Notes under the pieces: generated by a model
What the model was told of the DNA's origin: nothing
Databases searched by the model: none
The model's input: the letters and a program-made list of their open reading frames with translations, nothing else
Assembly (NCBI RefSeq): GCF_964355755.1
Contig: NC_092677.1
Span: 22,307,175-22,371,174 of the forward strand
Direction of reading: 5' to 3'
Length of the DNA stretch: 64,000 nucleotides
DNA from: Antedon mediterranea
Taxonomy: Eukaryota; Animalia; Echinodermata
Translations under genes and position numbers: made by a program
Part shown: positions 1-14,200 of the stretch, piece by piece
How positions within the stretch are numbered: position 1 is the first letter of the stretch
Layout: each line of letters begins with the position of its first letter

Positions 1-654
1 TAGGTTTATGACAAAACCTTCCATTACAATGAATATATATTATCATTGGCTTTTATTTAATGTAGGATTTACGAGATAGCTTTTTTTTTGCGATTTGTAC
101 CAAAAAATGAATAAAATCAGTATATTACATACATACACAAGCTCTAATTGTAACACAAATTAAAAATTTCTTTTTGATATTCACTCCCATATAGTTAGGG
201 CAGTTGTTAGAAAAATATTTGTTATTCAATAAAACAAAAAAATGGAAAAAATGAGTTTATTTTCAATATATTTTGTAAAATAATGACTTTTTATGATAAC
301 CAATGTGTAGTATGATTCATCAGCTTTACATTGAGCCTAATTAAAAAAGAATTGATGCATTTCATCAAATACTGTGCCACAAAATAAAGATATTGGTAAA
401 AAATTACATGAAAAAATAGGTCATTGACCTCTGACCCAAAAGTGCATCACCAGAATCACTTAAGAATTGGGTTTTCAGATGTACCAAAGTAGGTCTCCCA
501 CAAACATCATAGAGATGCTATATCTCTAGGAGTTGATGAACCATGTTAACCACCAAGCTAGTGTTTTATATTATTGTAATGCATTTTAAAAATGGTACCG
601 AAAAATTAAAAATAATATTGCTCAATTTGTGTTGGTGTAGTATTGTTCCATTCA

Positions 655-1824
655 TTATTGATTATCTGCACTTGGCGGATAACTCCTTTTTATTGTCAGG
701 ATCTTTTTTTTCTTTCTTATTCTTATTTCTTTCTTGGAATTTTGTTGCACGTGTATCTCTAATTCTGGTCAACATAAGAATGACCTGTAGATGTGCAAGA
801 TATGAAGTCACAGTCACGCAGCGCAAGTTACGCGCGATGGCTGCTCATAATTTCTGAACAAAAATTTATTTTTCAATGGAGCTCGTAGAAAAATGGTTTT
901 TGCAATTGATTTTTGTTTTTCATACCTTCTGTAGTAGATTACATTCATTTTGATGAACTTTAATTGCAAAATAACAACGCACATGCACGTTAAACTTTAA
1001 GAATCGTGTGCTAAAAAATGGGTAATTTAATGCAAATTTGTGCAAAAATATACCTATTTTTAATCAGTTATACTGTAGCTCCTCAGGAAGCTGATGAGTT
1101 GTAGTTATCAATTCATGTAAAATTTATGTCTACCATATGTTCTGACGTCACCATATGGCCACTCGAATTAAAAAAATAAGATTTTTTTCGCTTCAATGCT
1201 AATTAATCCCATTTCATAGAGCGCATTGCGCTTATGCTTACCCCATTTCACCCTAGATTTTAATATGTTTTTTCTCAAACAATAATCTTTCACATGAGTT
1301 AAACAAATTTGAATTTTTATTACGTCATCATATAAAAAAATTAGAATATTCGTGACTTGCTTAATTTCATCTATACAGTATATTTCAATCTGTCATAGCT
1401 CCTCGGAATGAAAAGTGACCCGCATGATTAAAACTTATTATGGAAGCTGTTGAATTGTAGAAATGAATATGACGTCATCACATGGCCAGTTGAATTCAAA
1501 AAGTAAGATTTTCATCTTTTTCGTAAATGTTTTTGTCAAATTTGTATTAATGTAATTATTTAGATAGTTTTCTTCTAAAATTGTTATTTTTACATTTCGC
1601 TTTGCGTGTTAAAAATTGGATTAAATGACGGGTCTCGTAATTTCATCTATGCTACACTGTAAATACTGTAATATGCTGTATGATACAAAATAGGTACAAT
1701 TCAGCACTGTAAGCATATTTAATTCATGTCATAGATTGCCGATGTTCAATATAGTTTAACGTATGTGCATGTTGCATTTCTGCGGATAACCCGAACTCGT
1801 CAAAGTGACGAGTTCAAATCTAGT
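655..1824 (+). mobile_element. Non-autonomous Helentron/HINE-like element, family C
   Basis: 5' palindrome TTATCTGCACTTGGCGGATAAC. 3' subterminal GCGGATAAC, hairpin GAACTCGTCA-AAG-TGACGAGTTC and CTAGTTTT end. An inverted sibling is at 7998-9342. Confidence 0.7.
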
Positions 1825-2193
1825 TTTATATTATGTTGCTTACAATCACATAAATCAATGAAAATTGTTGTTTAATCTACAAGTTACCTGCACCATAGAC
1901 AAATGTAAAATTTTTTTCCTGGAAATGGGGTGTACGAATAAATAGTTAGTTTGCAAAGGTATTTCTTTTGAAGAATATATAAACATATTTTTTAAATCGC
2001 AATCTTCAATATTCACTTTTTATTTTGAAATGAGGGCTCTATCAATAATGTAGTTGCAATAATAACTCATTTTAACTCATTTACTAACTAACCTATTAAT
2101 CTATTCAAAAATTGTTTTAAAAAATAAAATATCAACAATTTATCCAGTTCAACTAAAACATGGTAAGTGTAAATAATTATTATTAAAACAGTG

Positions 2194-2293
2194 CTATTCT
2201 TTCTTGGTTTTCTTATTCTTGTGTTTCATTGTGTCCTCATTCTCATATGAAATGCCATATTCATTCTTCCTACTTTTGTCCACTGGATACAAC
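2194..2293 (-). CDS. CLPTM1L: CLPTM1L last coding exon
   Basis: LYPVDKSRKNEYGISYE...KKTKKE, TAG at 2196-2194. Confidence 0.92.
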
Positions 2294-5200
2294 CTGAACA
2301 AATATAAATACAATAATAATCATAACAATAATATGTATTTATTTAGCATCATTAGAATGCACACATATCTACTAAACATGCTCAAGTTAGAACATTGGTC
2401 TTAAAACTTTAAAATACAGTAATATGTTGTCTCTTGTAGCCTAATCAGTAAGAACTTGGAACAAAAAACACAGGTCTCTTGTTGGTGTTTTTTTCTTCCA
2501 AGATTTCACCAGGGACCTCTGTGAAATCTAGGGAGATTTTTCACAAAAATGTATTCACACTATGCAAACCTTCTTACAACTTGTTACATTTTGCAGATGT
2601 GAAAAGGGTATTATTCAAACTAGTACACCATGGTAACCCCATATTCTTTACACCAAAAAATGTGTCAAATTGCTCGACAGAGGAAAACATTTGGTGAAAT
2701 TAAGTTACTTTTGCACTTTTATAAAATTGTTTTTTATCTTATATAATACTGTACTAATAATATGTAAGATGTGAAAATTATATTATGTATAGTTATGGAG
2801 ATGGTTTAAAGTTCAGACTTAAGAAATGAATACAAAATTAATAATGAAAAACTGTGTTCAAACATAAAGTTTGAACCACAATGTCTATTTCATCTACTTT
2901 TATATACAGTACTATTTATATACTTACCATCGTTGGTACAGATAAATTACAAATACCACATCATCTCTAAAACAGGCCACTCTATGAGTTGTAGGCATGG
3001 TGATAACAAATGCACACAAATCATCAATAAAAGTATTCAAAGCCTAGAGAATAAAGTTGTTTGTCTTAGGTACACATATATTTCATGGCATGTACTTTCC
3101 AAGATGGCATGCTCCTAGGCTTGTATGCTATCATTACAATTCATAGGTAGGGCAGTAATCATTTTTCATGTAATTAAAGGCCTTGGGCATGCAGACATTT
3201 TACATCAAAACACCCATCTTTTTAAGTTGATTAATTTAATCTATGTACAATTTACCTTATACATAAACACTCTCCATGGTAAATGTGAAACAGATTTGAG
3301 CTGTCAAAATAAGATTTAAAAAAGGAAAAGGATAATAAAATAGAAACTTAATGTTTAGCGTAAATACAGTTTACTTTAATACCACAACTGTGCTGAGAAT
3401 GCAACATGTTTTCCTGTATCATATATATCATCACATACCTTGTGGTTTACAAAAAGTTGAGGTAACATAAAGAGAAATCCAAATGCATAGACACCATTAG
3501 CTAGACTGTGAATAAGCCATGAATACCAACTGTGAATTCAAAAGACAACATCATTATGTACTTTACCAATTTTCATAACAAATGCCTGTTTTCGTTATTG
3601 CAATAATATAATACTAGGCATACAACATTATACAAAAAATGAATGTTTATATAACGGTGTAATAGTACAAATAATTTAATGAAAATAGAAAATTTTATCT
3701 TCTCACTGAATTAAATTATTTTCACCATTGCACTAATAGAAAACACTCCGATTTTGGATGCAGAGTAGAACAATTGTTGATTTTCGAACATGCTCAGTTT
3801 AGTTTTGCAAGCTGTTGCTCATTGTGTAACAAGCAAGATTCAACAGCCATATAATCAAATTCAGTGGCCTTTACTGTATACTAAAATGTCAAATAGTTGT
3901 ATACTGTTGATATTTTTTATTGTGTTTATAAAACTATTATTGACATCTTTACATGCCTAAATTGCTTTAATATTTCTATCCTTTCCTGTTTGATTATTTT
4001 CAACCGCAAGGAGCATAACAAATATTTGTACCTTTTATACGATACATATAGTAGTGAATAAACAGCAAGTCCTATACATATAGGACCAAGAAGGTAAGAT
4101 AGATAGACCATAGCTTGGTTATTGATTTCATTTGTGGCCTTCTCTTCCTTAGTACATTCCCCTTTATTGATGATTGGTCTGTAGCCCGAAAGTGAAAAAC
4201 TGATTTTAAAAGCTTTCTTTATCTTCCAAACCTGGTAAGATACAAATCAAATTGATGTGAAAAGTAATTTAAACACCAAAAACCATTTTGAAGACATAAA
4301 GGAGGGTAAAATCGATGGTGACTTACTGTATGATAGTGGTCCATTTATGAGGCCAGGGCTTATGAAGGTAGTCAGTCAGTTTATATGTACATTAGTTTAG
4401 AGGCCTTGATTTAAGAGGATGCTGCTTTGAATATAGTGACTTAAGAGCAGGATGCTATTATGATTGCACAAGTAGCTTGTGGCTTGTTTTCAAGGATGGT
4501 GGCATATGATGACAGTGGACTGGTGACATCACTGCACTTTGATTATTGATCAGTTAAACTGAAAGCCCACAAGATTTGTGCAAAATTTACCAGCAAATGA
4601 AAAATATATGCCATACCTCAATAATTGCACCAATGCCTGCTGGTATAACAACAAGTAAACTAGTGTCCTCATCCATTAGATAGAAAAATATAACAATTTG
4701 ACTAAATCCACACCAAAGCACTGTCAAACACAAATAAATCATAGAAAATTTACAAAGGTAATTAAATATGGCTATTTATTTTTGTGCACAGGTATGCTAA
4801 TAAATTAACATATGCTTATCAACAAGATGTTAAAGACCCATATTCCCTACGTTTTTTAGAAACTTTTTTCGTCTTTAAACGGTTAAAAATGTGAAAAATA
4901 AGTTAATTCTAATAATTATAGCGGCCCGCTATAAATCCCAAAATGCATTGCGCGGGGATTGATATTTTTGTTTTTCTTCTGTAATTCACCCACTTTTCGA
5001 TCGATCGTGAGGAAAAAACAAATGGAAGACTTAATTTTCAGCGAAAATACCGGGTTTTCCCCAATTTGTATCAACAGAGTCTGGCAAAAATAGAAAGACA
5101 ATTAATGCAGCAACTATACATCAGCCTAGGTATATAGCTAGCAAACAATGTTTGTACGTTACCGATGTTTACCAGCTAGGCCTACAAAACTAAGCCTAGC

Positions 5201-8200
5201 TAGGCTAGGCCTAAAGACCGTCCACGAGAGGTCATTCGCCGCGAGCTACTTAGGTAGTGCATTGTTTCTCACTTTTTATCATAATTTACCATAAAACGTA
5301 CATTTAAGACAAGGAACGACCTGGTTTATAAAGTAATATATATGTATTATTTTTACAAAACATCACAAATTGTAGGGAAGGGGTCTTTAAGCTTTTAAAC
5401 CATATGATAGCTTCATGAGTGCTTATTGTAACAAATATGAGTGTGTCCTTGCAATTTGATTGGTTGATTGCGCATCACATGCCGTTCTCCCTAATGGCAA
5501 AGTGATATCTAATGGTTCTAAGGCACAGAAAACAATATTCTCCAATACCATAACAAATCTCAGACCTCCGGCTGTGTTGAACATGTATTTGTTCACGTCA
5601 CACACGCATTTTTGTGCACATAGCACATAAGCAAAGCAAAAAGTTAATTTTTAAAGTCGATATTTGTTCTTCCATGAACTCCAAATATCAAATAACAACA
5701 CATGTGCACATGATAGTAATAATCGTGCGCTCTCCAATGGAAAATTTAATGCAAATTTGTGTAAAAAGATACCTATTTTGAATTTCTTATAGCTTGTCGG
5801 AATGCATGGTGACATCAAATTTTTATGGAAGCCAATGAGTTCTAGACATGAATTCATATACACATTTGATGTACAAAATGTTATGACATCATATGGCCAC
5901 CTGAATTTAAAAATTACAATTTTTTTCTCTTTTGTCAAAAATAATCACATTCAACAGAGTGCATCTCGCTTATATGTGCCAGATTTTCTTTCAAATTTGA
6001 ACTTGGTCAACTAATTATCTTTCTCAAAAGTTGCCACCATTTTCATTTTGGTGATCACGCCTAAGTATATTTGAATATCTTAACAACTCTTCAGAATTAA
6101 AGGCTGATCAGATGTTGATGATGTTTATAACATGTTGTGAAAGCTGCTGAAATGTATATATGAATTCATATAAAACTGTGCCTATCGGATGTTGTGTCAT
6201 TATCATATAGCCAGTTAAAGTTTAAAAATAGTTTTTCATCTCTTTTGTCAAAGTATACAAATTTAAAACAGCGTGCAAAATTAAATTTCAGTAAAAATCT
6301 CTTTTATCACAATAATCACTTATAATTCGTCAAAGAGAGAAATAAAATTTTAGAATAATCTTATTTTTGTAAATTGTCATTTTTTCAATTCATTCATCAA
6401 ATGTATGATGTAATTATCATTGTTTGTTTTTTTATACTATATTTCTGTCGAATTTTGACATGTTCCCCTTTTATATGAAACAAATAAAGATTTGATTTTT
6501 AAATTATTTTTATAATATGAGGCCTGGCATCACAAAAGCGGCGCAGAGTCGCAACCCAAACTTTTGAGATATTTAGCCTTGAAGTTCATAATGTAAAAAA
6601 CGGCCTAACCTATCCATTTTAAAATTTCAATAAAAAACGATACTATAAACACTTTCTTTAACATCAAACTCTTGTTCATGAAAAAATATCACAAGCTAAG
6701 GGATTTTTTTTAATCTAACCAATGGAAATTGGTTTTATTAAGGTGTTAGGTTGCTAAAATTTCTAACAAGAATTTGTGATTCCTTGACTGTGATTGGCTA
6801 TAGAGATAAATTACGCTCTCTGATTGGCTGATGCTTTGTTTACGATGAAACAGCATGGTTTCCACTGTAGTTTTTCGAAATAATGTTTCAACATTTTGTG
6901 ATTATTTAGGAATTTAATCGTTATTTTTATCCATATATTTTTTTTAAATAACAAAAAATATAATATTATGTACCACACAGTGATATATTTTCAACTAGTT
7001 AGCCGTTATTGAGGAGATTAATAGCAAGTTTTGACAGAGAGTCTTGTCGCGTTGATCGGCGGGCTAGACCAGGCCCAGCTAATCGGCGTCGCTACTTCAT
7101 TGTTGATTTTCTCAAAATGAAGGTTTCCTGAGCTGGAAAGTGACTCATATGTTTTCAATAATAACTCTTCATGTAATAAACCAATTTTGATAAACAACGC
7201 CTCATTTAATAATGAATGCCTTGTATTCGTTGGATGGTGAGCATATTTCATTCTACTATATTCTTCTCTATTTTAACTCAGCTCCGCCTCATTAAAAATA
7301 GAGCATCAATATTTCAACTACTGAAATATTGTAACCATCCAACTCATAAGCATTCATTATTTGTATTATATATTACATAGCCTATGTAAATACGTGAACA
7401 TGATTGGTTGAAACTGCATCACATAATTACTGCTGCGAGGATCGTAAATCGTATATTTCCTCGAGTACGATAATATTGACTGAGTAATTTTTGCGTGATT
7501 ATCGTGTCCCTGTCATTAAACATATAAAATCCAGTAAATTCTCGAGGAGTTTGATATTGACTGTGAATAAGTAAGGTGAATGCAACGCCTAGGCAGGCTT
7601 ATTACATAAAGGAGGCCTAGCTACCCAACCCAGTAGATATTCCACTTGTTGTTGGCTATATAATATAACAGATATCGGCTTTTATATCGGTAAAATATAA
7701 GATTTGATATCCCCTTGGGGAATGATACTTTGCTCAAGGAAATATATTTCCCGAAGCACGTAGCGCTGAGGGAAATATATTCCTAAGAGCAAAATATCAT
7801 TCAATTTCCCTCAGGCAATATCTGTATAATATTACCTGTGCTTGTTGACATTCCAGTCATACGATCTTGATTTCTCCAATAACTTATATCATTTTTAAAT
7901 GCTAGAATGTCGAATAGGGCCTAGACAAAAAAATAATTGAATTAAAAACCATAGATATAATATCATTCTAAATATCAAAAAAAAAAAAAGAAAGAAAACT
8001 AGATTTGAACTCATCACTTTGACGAGTTTGGGTTATCTGTGCAAACGCAACATGCACCACGTACATTATATGAACGCCGACAATTATTATGCAATCCTAT
8101 GACATGAATTAAATATGTTTACAGTGTTGAATTGTACCTTTTTTTTTTTTATTTTATTAATTTATCTTCACAATATTTAACCAGGGTGGCCCAATCAGTC

Positions 8201-11200
8201 AAAAAGACTAGTCTCCTGGGTACAATAGTACTTTTTAAAGGGGGGGTTCCGGGTTTAAAATGAATAGTCAAAAATATAAAATATATTTGTTTGTCTCTTG
8301 AACGGTCATTCATAGTTTCAATTTATATAAGCGCCCAGTGAAGCAGAGCGAAGGCTGTGAAATGAGGCCAGATTGCGGCAAAATCACACTGTAGTTACAG
8401 AATAGGAAATTTGTGAAATGGTCAATCTTCCGACGACTCGTTATCATTAACCATATCAATTACTTTTGTAAAATTATACTTATCTGATATAATTTTAGTC
8501 GGTCTTTCCATTTATAAAGTCAATTTTCTATGAATATTCATTACAATTGTGTAAAATCATTTGGAGTTTAATCATTCAGTTTACGTTTGCCGATTTTCAC
8601 ACTGACTTAGGGAAAAGCCTTCAAAATCAATCAATTAGTTGATAGGATGGGTTTGGAATCCACTGAGTTTTGTTATTATAGGCCAATCGTCTAGTATGCT
8701 AGCTAGGCCCATGGATGGGCCCCAATGTTTTAATGTAGCCATCGTGGCATGGAATCCCTAGTCAGAATGGCTCTCACCCATAAAATAAATGATTTAGGCT
8801 AGGCCTAGTACGTGAAGCCGATAATACGATCTGTACTATAGAGGTATAAAAATAAAATAATATTTATCAATATTTTTTAAATTCGAGTGGCCATATGGTG
8901 ATGTCAGCACATCCGGTAGGTACAAATTTTACATCAATTGATATCTACAACTCATCAGCTTCCATAATAGTTAATACATTAAAAAAACTGGGGTAACCAG
9001 CTATCCTGAGGAGCTATAACTAAGGAGCTAAAAATAGGTATATTTTTGCACAAATTTGCATTAAATTACCTATTCTTTAGCACACGATTATAAAATGTTA
9101 ACGTGCATGCGGGTTGTTTGAAATATACAGTTTAAGGTCAATCTTCTGACAAAGTTATATGATGTTATGTCCAAAAAAAATGTTAGAGATACATGTGCAA
9201 CAAAATTCTGGGAAAGAAATAACAAAAAGATAGAAAAAAAAAAAAGATTCCGACAATAACAAGATGTTATCCGCCATGTGCGGAAAACCAAAGTCCTGAC
9301 ACAATAACAAGGGGTTATCCGCTAAGTGCGGATAACCAACAAGTCAATTCCAACAATGGTGAGCAAGTCAACTTACATGCAACATAGCAATGATAGCAGT
9401 TATACTTAAAATGAAGAGATTGTTTCCAGTCAGTAACCCTCTCATTTCATCTAAATCCTTCTGCCCAAATCCTGTTAATAAAAAGTCCATTTTGTTATTT
9501 AATATAAACTACAGTATGGAGCATACAGTATCCATATATCCAATGCCTATAATCTATATATAAATTTACGTAAGGGCAAAATTCGGTAAATCGCGCCTTA
9601 CTTCTAGAATTTTTACTCGATGGTATATAAAGTTGGTTCGTACTTTCGGTACTGATTTTAACCACCTGATGTAACCCTGTTTACTAATTAAATTAAGTTA
9701 GATAATTAGTTATTGACGATTAAAACGAATTTAGGTTCAACGATTTGCCCCAAATAGGGGTATTTTCCGATCGTGGTATACACTGTCTAATGGATGTTCA
9801 TCTTGGAAAATACCCGCCACAAAAATGCGAGGAGGCTTCGCATTTTCCTATCTCCTCCTACGATAATTGTTTTTAATAGCTGAAAACCGGTTGAACAGTT
9901 CGAGTACAGCATCATAATGTTGAAGACAGGCCGATTTTCTTTAAAAAATACTATTTTGATACATTTAATATACGTTTTTACAAATGTATTGATTTGTGAT
10001 GAATGGAACATTCCAAATTATTTGGTTTAACCATAGAGGTTTAGATTTATGGGCCCCCTTGGAGAATAAACATAAATAGTATTGCAATGCTGTACAATAC
10101 TGTTAAGGTATTAACCACTTTTGATCGCAATTTGAATCGCAAATTTCTTACTGTGAGTGTTGGTACTGTTAGATGTAATATAAAAATATATACAAATAAA
10201 CTTTATTACTGTGAGTGTGGGTAGGCCCTACTGTTAGATTATAAACATATAATATACAAATAAATTAACGTTATTACTGACAGTTGCTTCTCAACGTTTG
10301 TATTAATTAATAATTTAAAAATATATAAACGTCGTAGTGGTGTATCGTTACATGTACTTTACTATTTCAATCGACTATGACAGTGAGAGTTTTAACAAAG
10401 TACCGTATTAAATCGTAAATGTTTTACTGTATTTAGTGGTATATTATTTATAGGCCTATAACACATTTAAAACAATATTTCGTTACTGAGTGGATAAGAA
10501 TATATTTTAAAATGTTTCCTCTTTGTACCTATCTTCTTCCCCCATCCCTCAACTCTTAATGTTACATACAAAACACAAATTGGGTTTGTTTAAATGAGTC
10601 CAAATAAAAAAATTTGACTCATTTTGTTTCTCTCTCGGAAGTAATTCCCAGGGTGCTAATTTTGGTTGACTACATAAATCATTGTGTATATTTATTCGTT
10701 TCTGTAAACGACAATGTATTATAGTCCTGCGGTACGTACATTTGAAATCTCCATTTTTTTTCTCGCTGGAAATACTGTGTATTCGAGAACCATCTGTGGG
10801 CACGACCTAGATGGTACGCGAGCGAAGCGAGCGTGCCATCTAGTGAAAGTAATTTTCCTTATCTTCCCATTCACACTTTACTTTAAAAAAGGTGAGATAT
10901 TTCTCTTAACTATTAAAGTATTTTATTTAAACCTGTAAAAATTCCACTTTAGTGGTATTATTGTGGCACAGATAGGAGAATTTTATGATTTTAAGAATAA
11001 GTGTTTCCCTTATCCAAATTCTGAATATGGCCACAGGTACAAATTTAATTTGTATTTTGATTTGTTTTCTAGGAATTATGTTTTGGTCTAGCAATCAAGT
11101 TTTGGATCATTATTAAAAAACATATTCCTGCAGTTCCATTTTATTAATATGTAATGAAAATTCAACTTACCCAATTCCTGCATCAATACCATAGATTGCT

Positions 11201-14200
11201 GAAGGTTTGTGAATAGTCTTAACTTTCCAACTGATATAGGTGTATACTCTATCGATAAAGGCATCTCACATGTAGTAGAATTCATCAACTAAACAATGTA
11301 AACACAGTGTGAATAAAGGCTTATATATTGTTTGAAGGTTTGTATGGTAAAATCAAATGTTGATATAAATTACGTATATTAGTTCTGAAAAGAACTGTTG
11401 AGTTTCTTGACGTTTCGATCAATATGCTTTGACCGTCCGCAGGAGTGAGAATGCAGAAAATCCAGGAAAGATTTTGAAATTATAACACCTAGATGGTCGG
11501 AAATGGCACTCTAAAAATTTTAAATATGAAAACTGAGGTATTAGCCTATTAAAGGGTGACATTTTTCCCATAGACCTATTTTGAGTAAAAGCGTCACAAC
11601 AGGGCGTTTCGCGCAATTCAGCATTTGCACGTACATGACGGAAAAAGGTGCTAATTGTCCAGGGCTGTTGACAGGACCTGTGGCGAAGCGAACTTTGTTA
11701 AATGATGCCCCATATGGCTGGAAATGGTACTCTCGCACATAAAATTCATGATAAATGGCACCTCTACAAACAAAGGCTGGCTTTGTTTGTATCAAATCTG
11801 TTAGTGGCGGTAATTATCGCTGTTGGTTTCGATTGAATAAAATAAAAATAAATAAATAGTATAATTAACAATTTTTTCTTTTTATGTATACCCGTTTCTG
11901 CTGGCAAGAAAATACCGTTCAATCAAAATGCAGTATTTTAAATCCGTATTCCGAAGAAACTGGCACTAAATAATGTTGGGAAAATGTTGTGAATATTACC
12001 ACCTACCACTAAATCTGAATATTTAATTCCAAGTTCATTTATAAAAAGGATTGGTAAATACTTTCCACTTCTTGTAAATCTGAAAGAATACAATTGTTTT
12101 AAAACTATAATATTTAAATTTGTAGTTTTTACACATAGTTTATATATCAAAATGACATTTGGCTATTATTTTGATTTTGCCATGCAGACCTTCAAATAAT
12201 ATACATATTTATAAACTCAATTGAAATATTAAACAGAAGCTTTGTAATACATATTATAAAAAAGTTTTGAATATCTTACTAAAGTATTCATTTAGTCATT
12301 TCCTTCTGATTTTTTAATAGTACATCCATACAAATGAAAAATTAACAATAGCAACTTCCACACAAACAACCTAAAATATGATAAAATATCAATTTGCACC
12401 AAAGCTGATGTAGGTTTGGATTTTTGGTTAACTATGATTAGACTATTACAACCGTCATAAATTTTGTTCATAAAATAAGTTATTCGTAACAAACATCATG
12501 CTTGCACTACTTAGGGAACTTCAGTAGCTTAGCCCGGTATTAAAGCAAACTCTAAATGAGTTCACAGTAGCTTCACTTAATACAGTATACATTAATGTAA
12601 TATGTTTTCAATCTCCATATTGTTTCTTAATATCATTATTATCATTCATACTGTAGAGTTACAAATCACATGACAGAAAACATATTATACATTGTGTGCT
12701 GCATTGAGTGTGCCATAAAAATGATAAATGCACCAACAAAAATGTACGTGAGTGTGGTCGACATTTTTAAATATTCATAAAGTATGAGAAACTTACTCAA
12801 AATATTTGTAAATCTCAAATGGAAAGTTTTCTTTATCAAAAATGATATAATCTGGTACAACACTAACATAGAGTGTTGGTTTATAGTGCAGGACTGGACG
12901 AATGCTGTCCATGCTCATCTACAAAAAAAAGAAAAATACTGTACTAATAAATCTAAATCTGATGAATTAACTTAAATTGAGTTTGATGTTAAAAATGATG
13001 TCTGATTGTTGTTTGCTTTTGTGATTCTCAATTTAATAGCATTTGCCTAAAAGAATATTTTAAAGAAAAGCAGACAGCATACTGAAAATTAAACATGAAA
13101 AATTGATTCTCAACATAAACAGACAAATTACCTGGTCAGATATGTTTGATAAGAGATTGTAAACATCCTCCTTTGGAAGCCGGAGTTGGGTTAAGCTCAA
13201 CTGACCTTTGCTTGCTTCTTGGTTACTGAATGGAGATGTCCCCACTTTATGTACAAACACATACGCCTTTAATCCCTCCTGTTTACATGCCTTTTGTGGT
13301 AGAGATATATTAACTGATCTGCAAATTAATATAAAATGGTTTTTAAGAGAAATACATTGATTTTTGTCACATTGTTTTTCCGTCCATATTCTCTTCCTAG
13401 CTTATGTATGTTCAAAAACAATTCTATTATAAAAATTTCATTTGATTTTAATTCTTTTTTTTTAATTTCAAAAGCATTTGTTTTAAAAGGCATATTTGAT
13501 CGATTCACTTTATTTAAATTAAAACCGCTGAAAGGTATAATACTGTAGCTACAAATGACTTTACATTTTGAAGGTTACCCGGACCAGGATTTCAATTCTG
13601 GATGAATTTTAAGCTGTAGGATGATATCCAAATTGTTGTGGTCACCAACTGAAAACTGTATAATTTGTATACATATATGAACATAATATATTACATGTTT
13701 TATTTCATTAGTAATTTCAGAGGTAAACCAAGGTGCTATGTTCAATTACCTCAATGGTAATGTCTTTATTTGATCAAACATTGTTATCATTAGTGACATC
13801 AGACCATCGATGGTATAATTGTTTTAAGGTAGTTGTTATTGTAATGTTTTAAGGATTGTATTAAATATTGTACCAGCTATGCCTATAATAGGTAACAACA
13901 GGTAATCATAGTAACAATTTGTAATACTGATGGACCAATAAATATTACATTACCTAAAAATTAATAAACTAATTATTATAACACGGTGACAATATCAGAT
14001 CTCATCTCATCAAGCAGATTGATTGAACTTACAAAGAAGCTGACAGTGAAGCGTTGAAATTGGATACTTTTAGTATGAGCTCCAGATTGTTTTTTGATAT
14101 TTTACTTTTCATCGACGTGTACACTGACAGCTGTAAGTAAGAAACAATTAAAATTGATAATTTGTGGTAGAATTTATTTAACAGGAAAGGATCCAATTAG

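Noticed and set aside
543-857. 104-aa hydrophobic ORF
   Set aside because: It overlaps the T-rich 5' end of a HINE-like repeat, and I recognise no homology.
12292-12492. ORF containing KSKPTSAL, resembling a human CLPTM1L linker peptide
   Set aside because: It is out of collinear order, has no convincing splice pair, and the gene model is complete and in phase without it.
12666-12869. 67-aa ORF ending in the CLPTM1L N-terminal peptide
   Set aside because: It is a chance read-through from an off-frame part of exon 4 into the duplicated fragment, not a gene.
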